Assembly (NCBI GenBank): GCA_035512635.1
Contig: DATKDR010000096.1
Span: 9,452-73,451, forward strand
DNA: 64,000 bases
Direction of reading: 5' to 3'
Source: Longimicrobiales bacterium
GTDB taxonomy: Bacteria > Gemmatimonadota > Gemmatimonadetes > Longimicrobiales > RSA9
Shown: positions 21,189 through 33,646 of the stretch, piece after piece
How positions within the stretch are numbered: the stretch's first letter is position 1
Layout: each line of letters opens with the position of its first letter
Position numbers and translations under genes: made by a program
The notes under the pieces: generated by a model
What the model saw: the letters and a program-made list of their open reading frames with translations, nothing else
Database searches by the model: none
Told to the model about the DNA's origin: nothing

Positions 21189-21330
21189 CCCCCGCACGTT
21201 TCGGTTCGGCCGTCAGTATGGGCCTGCGTGATGGATGCCGCGAGGCCACGACCGTGGATGACGCCCTCCCGTTCGAGGCAGGGACGAAAAAAGCGGCCGT
21301 GACGCCAGTGACCGTCACGACCGCTGCAAA

Positions 21331-21361
21331 TCCGGAAACCTGGAACCGGAATCCGGAAACC
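21331..21361. repeat. Heptad array TCCGGAA ACCTGGA ACCGGAA TCCGGAA
   Basis: Read directly. It ends 1 nt before the TAG stop of the small zinc-ribbon ORF. Confidence 0.8.
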
Positions 21362-21598
21362 CTATTGAGCCGGCTGCTCCGCTACCAGAACCGAGAAGCG
21401 CACGCTATCCGGGCCGCGGGAGCTGAGCTCCAGCGGCGTGTCGCAATAGCTGCACGGAAGCACGACCGACTCCTTCGACACGTCGATCTCCGTGCCGTCC
21501 TTGTGGCCGCATACCGGGCAGCGGTAGGTGCCGAAACGCATCTCCCTCTTTCCGGCCATCGACTCCTCCAGCAGAGCTTCGCGCGGGATGTCTTCCAC
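21362..21598 (-). CDS. Small zinc-ribbon protein (FmdB-like CxxC...CxxC)
   Basis: 78 aa. It contains YRCPVCGH ... LPCSYCDT, inserted between gap and pgk on the same strand. The true start may be the internal MRFGTYRC. Confidence 0.45.
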   Translation of the reverse strand: MEDIPREALLEESMAGKREMRFGTYRCPVCGHKDGTEIDVSKESVVLPCSYCDTPLELSSRGPDSVRFSVLVAEQPAQ

Positions 21599-21763
21599 CG
21601 GGTCGCAACTTCGACGCCAGCCGGGTCACCTGCACGAAGGGTGTGGCGAGCGCCACGCGCAACGATCGCGCGCCGCGCCATCGCCGCACCCATCCCCGAA
21701 CGGTAGGTCTGCGCGGCCTTCCGAGTCAATGAGAACGCGTCCGGCCCGGCTTCGCGCGATCGC

Positions 21764-22861
<1,098 letters not shown>

Positions 22862-23689
22862 TCACTCGATCGCCCGCGCGAACGTCACCACCGAGACGCA
22901 GCGAGCCCCCTGCTCCACAAGCACCCGCGCGCACTCGCCCGCCGTGGCGCCGGTCGTCATGACGTCGTCGACCAGAAGCAGGTGCTGCGCCAGCACGTCC
23001 GGCCGCGCATCCGGCGCGAGCGCGAAGGCATCGGCCACGTTAGCCGCACGTTCCAGGGGCTGCAAGCTGGTCTGGGTGCCCGCCTCGCCGCGTCGCACGA
23101 GCAGCGGCAGACAGCGGCGGCCGGTGCGCCACGCGAACGCCCGCGCGAGCAGCTCCGCCTGGTTGTAGCCGCGCCGCCGGCGGCGTTTGCGCGTGGTCGG
23201 AACCGGTACGACGACGCTCGCTTCCGTCGCCGCGTCCTCCGGCAGCCGCACCCGTGACATCAGCGCGGCCATCGGCTCCGCCAGCCCGCGCCAGCCCCGG
23301 TACTTGAGCTGATGCACGAGACGATCCGCGGGCGGCCGAAGCAGGCACGCCGCGCGCGCAGCCCGGATCGCCGCCGGCCATTCCGCGCACTCGCGGCAGG
23401 TGGCTCCGCCGGGGCTGCCCGTCAGCCGCGCGGGCGCGCCGCAGCGCGGACACAGCGGCGAGTCCGGCGTGCGCAGCCGCGCGCGGCAGGCCCGGCAGAC
23501 CAGCCGGGCCCCGTCGCCCGTCGCGATCGGCCCGTCGCAGCCCAGGCAGATCGGGGCGAACAGCAGGTCGAGGAGGACGCCGCTGTAAGGATTCGGGATT
23601 GGGGTCAGGGATTTTGGGTTTCCGGTTTCTGGTTTCCGGTCGCACACATCCGGAATCCGGAATCCGGAATCCGGTAACCCGTCCACCAT
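22862..23689 (-). CDS. comFC: ComF-family phosphoribosyltransferase-domain protein
   Basis: It has an N-terminal double zinc finger (CLGCDG...CRAC...CPRCG...CREC) and a C-terminal PRTase motif LLLVDDVMTTGAT. The only canonical in-frame starts (ATG 23689, GTG 23686, and a GTG in the repeat loop) lie upstream of or inside the TCCGGAA heptad locus, so the start is uncertain. Confidence 0.7.
   Translation of the reverse strand: MVDGLPDSGFRIPDVCDRKPETGNPKSLTPIPNPYSGVLLDLLFAPICLGCDGPIATGDGARLVCRACRARLRTPDSPLCPRCGAPARLTGSPGGATCRECAEWPAAIRAARAACLLRPPADRLVHQLKYRGWRGLAEPMAALMSRVRLPEDAATEASVVVPVPTTRKRRRRRGYNQAELLARAFAWRTGRRCLPLLVRRGEAGTQTSLQPLERAANVADAFALAPDARPDVLAQHLLLVDDVMTTGATAGECARVLVEQGARCVSVVTFARAIE
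23589..23676. repeat. Inverted heptad arrays (GGTTTCC family / TCCGGAA x3) with a 9-nt loop
   Basis: The left arm is ggattcg ggattgg ggtcagg gattttg ggtttcc ggtttct ggtttcc. The loop is cgcacaca. The right arm is tccggaa x3 then tccggta. The locus lies inside the 5' end of the comF ORF. Confidence 0.9.
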
Positions 23690-23709
23690 GTCCTAACGCG
23701 AGGGGCGCC

Positions 23710-24633
23710 TCAATGCGTGGACGGGTCTGCCTCGGCAGCCCCCGGCAGGAGGGCGGCGCGCATGGCCGACTCCGGCGCAGGCCGCTGCCACCAGCGCTGG
23801 AAGGCGGCGGCGGCCTGGTGGAGCAGCATCTCATGGCCGTCGACGGCGGGGAGGCCGGCGGCGCGGGCGGCGCGGACCCACGCGGTCCCGCCGGGGGCGT
23901 ATACCATGTCGAACGCGGCGGCGAACGAGGCATCGGCGATCGCCACGGGCTGCGGATCGTCGGCGCGCATGCCGAGGGCCGTTGCGTTGACGGCGAGGTC
24001 GAAGCGCTGGTCGCGGAGCGTGGCGACGGTCGGCGCGACGCGAATCCGATCGTCACCCGGGGCGCCGGCGCGCGCCGCTAGCTGCTCGGCGCGCGGCATC
24101 GTGCGATTCACGAGCACCGCGCTGTCGATGCCGGCATCCAGCAGCGCGACCAGCGCGGCCGCCGCGGCCCCGCCGGCCCCGAGCACGAGCACGCGCGCCC
24201 CGCGCGGATCCTGGAGGAAGGCGCGGATGGCCCGGTGGAATCCCTCGACGTCGGTGTTGTCGCCGACCAGCCGCTCATTCTCGAGCCAGAACGTGTTGCA
24301 GGCGCCCGTACGACGAACGGCATCGCTCTTCGACTCGAGCGCGGCCGCTGCGACCTGCTTGTGCGGCACCGTGACGTTGCCGCCGCCGCCGGCGCGCGCG
24401 AGCGCGTGCATCAGCGCGCGGACGTCATCGGTCCCGCAGCGCAGCGCCACGTAGACGGCGTCGAGCTCTGCCGCCCGGAAGGCGGCGTTCTGGATCAGAG
24501 GCGAGAGCGAATGCGCGACGGGATCGCCGAGCAGCGCGAAGACACGGGTCGAAGCGCGGATCGCCACCGCGCCGAGCGCGGCGGCATGGCCGCCCGCTGC
24601 GTCCGCGTCCGCGCGGCGCGACTCACGGGGCAA
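23710..24633 (-). CDS. aroE: Shikimate dehydrogenase
   Basis: It has the motifs GDPVAHSLSP.IQNAAF, NVTVPHK and VLGAGGAAAA. The exact start is uncertain. Confidence 0.85.
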   Translation of the reverse strand: MPRESRRADADAAGGHAAALGAVAIRASTRVFALLGDPVAHSLSPLIQNAAFRAAELDAVYVALRCGTDDVRALMHALARAGGGGNVTVPHKQVAAAALESKSDAVRRTGACNTFWLENERLVGDNTDVEGFHRAIRAFLQDPRGARVLVLGAGGAAAAALVALLDAGIDSAVLVNRTMPRAEQLAARAGAPGDDRIRVAPTVATLRDQRFDLAVNATALGMRADDPQPVAIADASFAAAFDMVYAPGGTAWVRAARAAGLPAVDGHEMLLHQAAAAFQRWWQRPAPESAMRAALLPGAAEADPSTH

Positions 24634-25141
24634 GGATCGCCTCGAGCCGGTCGAGCACGCCGTCGACGACGTCCCCGAGCACCGTCCACGTCTCGCGGTA
24701 CACCGCGGCCTCCATGCCGATCGGGTCCGGGATGCCCACCGCGGGATCGCCGTCGTCGAGGAAGTCCGTCGCCAGGGACACCTTGGCGCCGCCTCCGAGC
24801 TCGACGACGCGGTCCGCGTGCCATTCGCTCATGGCGACGATGGCGTCGGCCCACTCGACCAGCTCGGCCGTGAGCGGCCTCGAGCGGTGCGCGCTCAGGT
24901 CCACGCCATTCTCCGCCGCCACCTCGATCGCGGCCGCGGCGGCGGGCGAGCCGGCGCCGGCGGAGACACCCGCCGACTGCACGCTGACGTGGTGCCAGCC
25001 GCGGCGTTCGACCTGATCCTCGGTGATCGCAGCGGCCATCGGGCTCCGGCACGTGTTGCCCGTGCAGACGAAGAGGAGGTTGTACGTCGTCGGCGCCTCC
25101 GCCTGACCGCGGCGCGGGTGCTCTTCAGGCTTCGACGTCAT
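24623..25141 (-). CDS. Low-molecular-weight protein-tyrosine phosphatase
   Basis: It has the CX5R(S) P-loop LLFVCTGNTCRSPMA and the downstream DPIG motif. Confidence 0.8.
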   Translation of the reverse strand: MTSKPEEHPRRGQAEAPTTYNLLFVCTGNTCRSPMAAAITEDQVERRGWHHVSVQSAGVSAGAGSPAAAAAIEVAAENGVDLSAHRSRPLTAELVEWADAIVAMSEWHADRVVELGGGAKVSLATDFLDDGDPAVGIPDPIGMEAAVYRETWTVLGDVVDGVLDRLEAILAP

Positions 25142-25766
25142 GCACGACCTCCCTGATCCTCTCGAGCGATACGGCGCCCGCGCGCACGAGCCGCGGGCGC
25201 TCGCGCGTGCAGTCCAGCACGGTCGACGGCGCTGCGCCGCCCGCGGCGCCCTCCAGCAGCCACACGCCGGACTCGGCCGGCAGCTCGTTCAGCAATGCGT
25301 GCGCCTCCGCCGCCGTGCGGGCGGGCTCGACGCCGGGCGCATTGGCGCTGGTCGAGGTGACCGGCGCGCCGAGCGTGTCCAGCAGGATGCGCATGCCCGC
25401 GTGCGGGGTCCGACGCAGCGCGACGCCGCCGCTGCTCGATGCCACGCCCGGCGGGTAGCGCCGCTCCGTGTCGCGCAGCACGAGCGTGAGCGGTCCCGGC
25501 CAGAAGACGTCGGCCAGCACGCGCGCCGCCGTCGTCCAATGCAGGCCGGGTGCCTGCGCGAGCTCGCTCACCAGCAGGAGGAACGGCTTCTCCTCCGCGC
25601 GCGACTTGAGCGTCGACAGTCGCTCGAGCGGCGCGCGCTCGGTCAGTCCGCCGAGCCCGAACACGGTTTCGGTAGGATAGAGGATGAGGCCGCCCGCGCG
25701 CAGGTGCTCCACGACGCGCGGCGCCGCCGCGCGCTGCGCCGCCTCGTCGCCGAACGGCACGACCAC
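25125..25766 (-). CDS. tsaC: L-threonylcarbamoyladenylate synthase (YrdC/Sua5 family)
   Basis: It has the motifs YPTETVFGLGG, KPFLLLV, WPGPLTLVL and TSANAPG. The start is re-called to GTG 25766, just after the ispD stop. Confidence 0.8.
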   Translation of the reverse strand: MVVPFGDEAAQRAAAPRVVEHLRAGGLILYPTETVFGLGGLTERAPLERLSTLKSRAEEKPFLLLVSELAQAPGLHWTTAARVLADVFWPGPLTLVLRDTERRYPPGVASSSGGVALRRTPHAGMRILLDTLGAPVTSTSANAPGVEPARTAAEAHALLNELPAESGVWLLEGAAGGAAPSTVLDCTRERPRLVRAGAVSLERIREVVHDVEA

Positions 25767-25768
25767 GA

Positions 25769-26470
25769 TCAGCGCTCGCCGCGTCGGCCCAGCAGCGCCG
25801 TCGCGATGATGACGTCCGCCGGCTCCGTCACCTTCAGGTTCTCCGGATCGCCGTCGACGACGACGACGCGACCGCCGTTCCGCTCGACCACGGCCGCATC
25901 GTCGGTGGCTTCGATCGTGCCCACCGCGGCCGCCGCCCGGTACGCCTCGAGCAGCAGCGCGCGCGGAAACGCCTGCGGCGTCTGCGCGCGCCACAGCCGT
26001 CCGCGGTCCGGCGTCCCCTCGATCACGCCGTCCTTCCCCACCCGCTTCACGGTGTCGCCGATCGGCAGGGCTGCGATCGCGCCCTGCTCTTTCGTGACCG
26101 ACGCGAGCGTGCGGTCGATGAGTGTGCGTGTCACCAGCGGGCGCGCGGCGTCGTGCACGACCACGACGTCCGCCTCCTCCGGGACGGAGTCCAGCGCCCG
26201 GCGCACCGACTCTGCCCGCTCGTCGCCGCCCGCGATCAGCGTCACGCGCGCATCCAGGTCGCGCAGCCACGCGGGCGGCTCCGCCACATCCGCCTCCGGC
26301 AGCGCGACCACGATCCAGCGGACGGACGGGTGGGCGAGGAAAGGCCGCAGCGTGCGCAGCAGGACGGGCTCGCCCGCCAGCTCGAGGTACTGCTTGCGCA
26401 CGCTGCCCATGCGCCGGCCGGATCCCGCCGCGGGAATCACCACGGCCACGGTCGGGCCGGGCGCGCTCAA
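25769..26470 (-). CDS. ispD: 2-C-methyl-D-erythritol 4-phosphate cytidylyltransferase
   Basis: It has the motifs VIPAAGSGRRMG, VHDAARP and QTPQAF. The candidate start is TTG 26470, overlapping the radA stop as TTGA. The alternative is an in-frame GTG a few codons downstream. Confidence 0.85.
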   Translation of the reverse strand: MSAPGPTVAVVIPAAGSGRRMGSVRKQYLELAGEPVLLRTLRPFLAHPSVRWIVVALPEADVAEPPAWLRDLDARVTLIAGGDERAESVRRALDSVPEEADVVVVHDAARPLVTRTLIDRTLASVTKEQGAIAALPIGDTVKRVGKDGVIEGTPDRGRLWRAQTPQAFPRALLLEAYRAAAAVGTIEATDDAAVVERNGGRVVVVDGDPENLKVTEPADVIIATALLGRRGER

Positions 26471-27861
26471 CGGAACAGCCGCTCCATCATGCGGTTCACG
26501 TTCTCGATGCCGACGACGCGCAGACCGTCGGGTGCGGACGACGGCACCGCGCGCGACGGGACGAACGCGCTCGAGAAGCCGAGCCGCCGCGCCTCGGCCA
26601 GGCGCCGCTCGACCTGCGCGATGCTGCGCACCTCGCCGCTCAATCCGACCTCCCCCAGGAACACGGCGTCGTCCGGCAGCGCGCGATCGAGCGCGCTGGA
26701 CGCGACCGCCGCGACGACGGCGAGGTCCGCGGCCGTCTCGGCGAGTCGCAGTCCGCCGACGACGTTCACGAACACGTCGCGATCGCCGAAGGCGAGGCCC
26801 GACCGCTTCTCCAGAACCGCCAGCAGCAGCGACAGCCGCTGGCGGTCGAAACCCTGCGCGACGCGCTGCGGCGCGCCGTACGCGCTCTTGCTGACCAGCG
26901 CCTGTACTTCGACGAGCAGCGGTCGCGTGCCCTCGATCGCAGGGAACACGGCCGACCCGCCCGCGCCCGCGGAGCGCTCGTCGAGGAACAGCTCGGAGGG
27001 ATTGGCGACCGGCTGGAGCCCCTCGGCCACCATGCGGAACACGCCGATCTCGTCGACACCGCCGAAGCGGTTCTTGGTCGCGCGCAGCACGCGATGATCG
27101 AGCCGCGGTCCGCTCTCGAAGTAGAGCACCGTGTCCACCATGTGCTCGAGCGTGCGCGGTCCCGCCACGACGCCTTCCTTCGTGACGTGGCCGACGAGGA
27201 AGATCGTCGTGCCGCTTTCCTTCGCGAGCCGCTGGAGACGGGCCGCGCACTCGCGCACCTGCGTCACGCTGCCGGCCGCGGAATCGAGCTGCGGATCGTA
27301 CATCGTCTGGATGGAGTCGATGACCGCGATCGCGGGACGCTGCTCCTCGATCGCGCGCAGCACGCGCTCGATCGAGGTCTCGCACAGGAAGAGCACCTCC
27401 CCCGCACCGGGGGCGAGTCGGTCCGCCCGCATGCGCACCTGTCCCGCGGACTCCTCGCCCGAGACGTAGAGGACGTCGTGCCGCGCGGCGCGCGCGCTCG
27501 CCGCCACCTGGAGCAGCAGCGTGCTCTTGCCGATGCCCGGCTCGCCGCCGAGCAGCACGATGGAGCCGGGCACGAGCCCGCCGCCGAGAACGAAGTCGAT
27601 TTCGCCGATGCCCGTAGACAGACGATCGGAAGACTCACGCGTGACGGAGGCGAGAGCGATCGGCTCGGAATCCCCGAACGAAAGCCCGACCGCGGATTCT
27701 GAACCCTGACGCCTTACGCCTGACGCCGCCCTTGGCGCCTCGACCAGCGTATTCCACTCGCGGCACGCGGGGCACTGCCCTTCCCAGCGGGCGGACTCGC
27801 CGCCGCACTCGGTGCAGTAGAAGAGCGTCTTCTGCGCCTTTCGGGTCTTCGCGCGCGCCAT
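26467..27861 (-). CDS. radA: DNA repair protein RadA (Sms)
   Basis: The start is re-called to ATG 27861 (MARAKTRKAQKTLFYCTECGGESARWEGQCPAC). It has the zinc finger, Walker A GGEPGIGKST, the KNRFG motif, and a Lon-like C-terminus. Confidence 0.9.
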   Translation of the reverse strand: MARAKTRKAQKTLFYCTECGGESARWEGQCPACREWNTLVEAPRAASGVRRQGSESAVGLSFGDSEPIALASVTRESSDRLSTGIGEIDFVLGGGLVPGSIVLLGGEPGIGKSTLLLQVAASARAARHDVLYVSGEESAGQVRMRADRLAPGAGEVLFLCETSIERVLRAIEEQRPAIAVIDSIQTMYDPQLDSAAGSVTQVRECAARLQRLAKESGTTIFLVGHVTKEGVVAGPRTLEHMVDTVLYFESGPRLDHRVLRATKNRFGGVDEIGVFRMVAEGLQPVANPSELFLDERSAGAGGSAVFPAIEGTRPLLVEVQALVSKSAYGAPQRVAQGFDRQRLSLLLAVLEKRSGLAFGDRDVFVNVVGGLRLAETAADLAVVAAVASSALDRALPDDAVFLGEVGLSGEVRSIAQVERRLAEARRLGFSSAFVPSRAVPSSAPDGLRVVGIENVNRMMERLFR

Positions 27862-27873
27862 CGGCCCCTTGAA

Positions 27874-27915
27874 GGTGAGGTGAGGTGAGGTGAGGTGAGG
27901 TGGGGTGGGGTGAGG
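27874..27915. repeat. Pentanucleotide tandem repeat (GGTGA)x5 (GGTGG)x2 GGTGA
   Basis: Counted directly. It lies in the 62-nt spacer between the dnaB stop and the radA start, and the mRNA-sense strand reads (UCACC)n. Confidence 0.95.
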
Positions 27916-27923
27916 CGCCTCAG

Positions 27924-29366
27924 CTAGTAGTTCGCTTCCGCGTACTGCGGCTGTTCCACGCGGGTCACCGACTCGAAGCGCGTGAACTCGTGACGGAAGT
28001 ACAGCTCGACCATGCCGGTCGGCCCGTTGCGCTGCTTGCCGATGATCAGCTCGGCGCGGCCGCGCAGACCCTGCTCCTCCGCCTCCATCTCGTTCATGTA
28101 GTACTCGGGGCGATAGAGGAAGGCGACGACGTCGGCATCCTGCTCGAGCGATCCGGACTCGCGCAGGTCGGAGAGCTGCGGGCGGTGGTCCGAGCGCTGT
28201 TCCGGCGCGCGCGAGAGCTGCGACAGCGCGAGAATCGGCACCTGGAGCTCCTTCGCGAGCCCCTTCAGGCTCCGGCTGATCTGGCTGACCTCCTGCTGGC
28301 GGCTCTCGTGGTTGCCGCTCGACTCCATGAGCTGGAGGTAGTCGACGATGATGAGCCCCAGCTCCGGCTGGTCCGCCTTCAGCCGCCGCGCCTTCGCGCG
28401 CAGCTCGAGCGGGCCCATCATGCCCGAGTCGTCGATCCAGATGGGCGCCGTGTTCAGGTGACCGGCCGCCTGCGCGAGCCGCGTGTAGTCGTCGTCGGAG
28501 AGACGGCCGCGCAGCAGCCGCGACAGATCGACCAGCGCCTCGTGGCAGAGCATGCGCTGAACCAGGGATTCCTTTGACATTTCCAGCGAGAAGATCGCGA
28601 CCGGCACGCGGTGCACGATTGCCGACTGGAGCGCGCTGCCGACGACGAACGCCGTCTTTCCCATGGACGGACGCGAGGCGATGATGACGAGATCGCCCTT
28701 CTGCCACCCGCCCGTCTTGCGATCCAGGTCCGTGAAGCCGGTCGGCACTCCCGTCACGCCGCCCTTCGCCGCCTGGAGCTGCTCGATGCGCTCGAACGTC
28801 GAGTAGAGGATCTGCTTCAGCCAGACGAAGCCCTGGCGATCATGCGACTGCGCCACCTGGAAGATGCGCTGCTCCGCCAGGTCGAGCAGCTCGTCGACGC
28901 TGCGCTCGCCCACGTCGTAGCCGTCCTGCACGATCTGCGTAGCCGCCTCGATCAGCCGCCGCAGCAGCGCGCGCTCGCGGACGATCTTCGCGTGGTACTC
29001 GACGTTCGCCGCCGTCGGCACCGCGTCCATCAGCTCCGCCAGGTACTGCACGCCGCCGATGCCCTCGAGCTCCCCGGTCTGCGTCAGCTCCTCCGACAGC
29101 GTCACCGGGTCCACCACCGCGCCCTTCTGGAACAGACGGGTCATCGAGCGGAAAATCCGCCGGTGCCCCTCGCGGTAGAACATGCCGTCGTCGCTCAGGA
29201 TCTCCAGCGCCTTGGCGACCGCGTCGTTGTCGATCAGCATGCCGCCCAGGACCGATACTTCGGCCTCGGCCGCGTACGGCGCCGGACGATCCACGAAGGG
29301 GATGGACGCGACCGCGTTGCCGCGGGAGGACATGCGGACGTTCTGCATCAGCTGGTTCTCTGGCAC
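27924..29366 (-). CDS. dnaB: Replicative DNA helicase
   Basis: It has Walker A ASRPSMGKTAF, and the motifs FSLEMS, VDYLQLM, SQLSRAPE and IIGKQRNGPTG. Confidence 0.9.
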   Translation of the reverse strand: MPENQLMQNVRMSSRGNAVASIPFVDRPAPYAAEAEVSVLGGMLIDNDAVAKALEILSDDGMFYREGHRRIFRSMTRLFQKGAVVDPVTLSEELTQTGELEGIGGVQYLAELMDAVPTAANVEYHAKIVRERALLRRLIEAATQIVQDGYDVGERSVDELLDLAEQRIFQVAQSHDRQGFVWLKQILYSTFERIEQLQAAKGGVTGVPTGFTDLDRKTGGWQKGDLVIIASRPSMGKTAFVVGSALQSAIVHRVPVAIFSLEMSKESLVQRMLCHEALVDLSRLLRGRLSDDDYTRLAQAAGHLNTAPIWIDDSGMMGPLELRAKARRLKADQPELGLIIVDYLQLMESSGNHESRQQEVSQISRSLKGLAKELQVPILALSQLSRAPEQRSDHRPQLSDLRESGSLEQDADVVAFLYRPEYYMNEMEAEEQGLRGRAELIIGKQRNGPTGMVELYFRHEFTRFESVTRVEQPQYAEANY

Positions 29367-29635
29367 TCGAGAATGATGGCGACGGGGTCCGACAAGCTGG
29401 TCGCTTCGTGGGCGTCATCGCGACCGATGCGGTGTGCTGCGGAACCCGGCCGGGACGTTGTCGGGTGCGTCCCGGGACGTCAAGCACTTGACGCGGAAGT
29501 TGGCGTTACTTCGTGACCCCGATGCGCGATCAGCGGCGACGCGAGGAGCGGTGTCGGTATGGCACGGAATTATATTTCCGAGCCATCACGATGACCCTCC
29601 TTTTTCTTCCTCCGCTTTGGCCTCGGCTCCCCGCC

Positions 29636-30094
29636 CTAACGCCCCTCGACCAGCGCCGCGAGCTTCTCGAGTGAAGACTTCCAGCCTGCTTCGTTGTCCG
29701 CCGCCGACAGGCCGGGCGGCAGCCCGTCGTGCACGGCGAGGACGTCGGTGCCGCCGTCTGCGTCGAGGAGCGAGATCGTGATCGTCATCTCACCCTGGAG
29801 TGCAGGATCCGTCGTCTCGAACTCGACCACTTCGACGACCTGCTCGTTCGGCACGAGCTTCACGAAGCGGCCGTGGTACGTGTCGGTATGTGCTCTGGTC
29901 TTGCCGGTCCCGGTCGGTGCGTCGTACGTGAGGGAGATTCGGAACGCGCCGCCTTCCCGCGGCTCGAACTCGTGCACTTGGCTGGTCATGCCGGTCGGCA
30001 CCATCCATCTCCGGACCGAGTCCTCGTCCACCAGCGCGCGATACACGGTCGCGCGGGGTGCGGTCACGCGACGTGTGATGCGGGTCGAGCTCAT
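29636..30094 (-). CDS. SRPBCC superfamily protein (Aha1/activator-of-Hsp90-ATPase-like domain)
   Basis: The start is re-called to ATG 30094 (MSSTRITRRVTAPRATVYRAL). The 152-aa length and the pattern ...W..P......E.EPR.GG.F... are typical of the AHSA1/SRPBCC family. Confidence 0.65.
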   Translation of the reverse strand: MSSTRITRRVTAPRATVYRALVDEDSVRRWMVPTGMTSQVHEFEPREGGAFRISLTYDAPTGTGKTRAHTDTYHGRFVKLVPNEQVVEVVEFETTDPALQGEMTITISLLDADGGTDVLAVHDGLPPGLSAADNEAGWKSSLEKLAALVEGR

Positions 30095-30477
30095 GCCCGA
30101 AATTCGCCAGCGGCAGCGGGACGAGCAGCACGCCTCAGTCGAGACGCCAGGTGTAGCGCGAGCACCAGCAGCAGGGACGCGGTCAGAACGCCCGGCGGGT
30201 AGCCGCCCTGGAGGATCGTCCAGGCGGGATGCACGACGCCGTTGATCGTTTCGACTCCGACCCAGAGCCAGGCGAAGGCCGCGGCGGACTGCCATTCCCG
30301 CCGCACGGGCCACAGCAGACACCACAAGCCGAACGCGACGAGGGCGCCGTTCAGGACGATGAAGCCGAGCTCCCGGTCAGCCGAGATGAAACGCGTCAGG
30401 AATGTCGCCGGCGGAAACGATTCCCAGAGGCGACCGACATACTCCTCGACGGAGTGCGCGGCCTGCGCCGCGACCAG
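30091..30477 (-). CDS. HXXEE-domain integral membrane protein, start unresolved (possibly 5'-degraded)
   Basis: My own translation upstream of the ORF-track entry gives ...LVAAQAAHSVEEYVGRLWESFPPATFLTRFISADRELGFIVLNGALVAFGLWCLLWP..., which contains an HXXEE motif and three or more hydrophobic helices. An in-frame TGA lies at 30493-30495, and there is no ATG/GTG/TTG before the motif, only CTG 30477. The stop overlaps the downstream ATG as ATGA. Confidence 0.4.
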   Translation of the reverse strand: MVAAQAAHSVEEYVGRLWESFPPATFLTRFISADRELGFIVLNGALVAFGLWCLLWPVRREWQSAAAFAWLWVGVETINGVVHPAWTILQGGYPPGVLTASLLLVLALHLASRLRRAARPAAAGEFRA

Positions 30478-30598
30478 CGCCGAACGGAGCTGTCAGCTTC
30501 ACGGGCTCGCCAGGCGACGCCCCTGGCCGGGTTGGAGTCAGCTCGCGGGCGAGGCGCGGTTGGAGGATCGCGCTCCGCCCCGGGACGCGGCACCCTGC

Positions 30599-33628
<3,030 letters not shown>

Positions 33629-33646
33629 GGGTCGTCGAGAGCGCTG

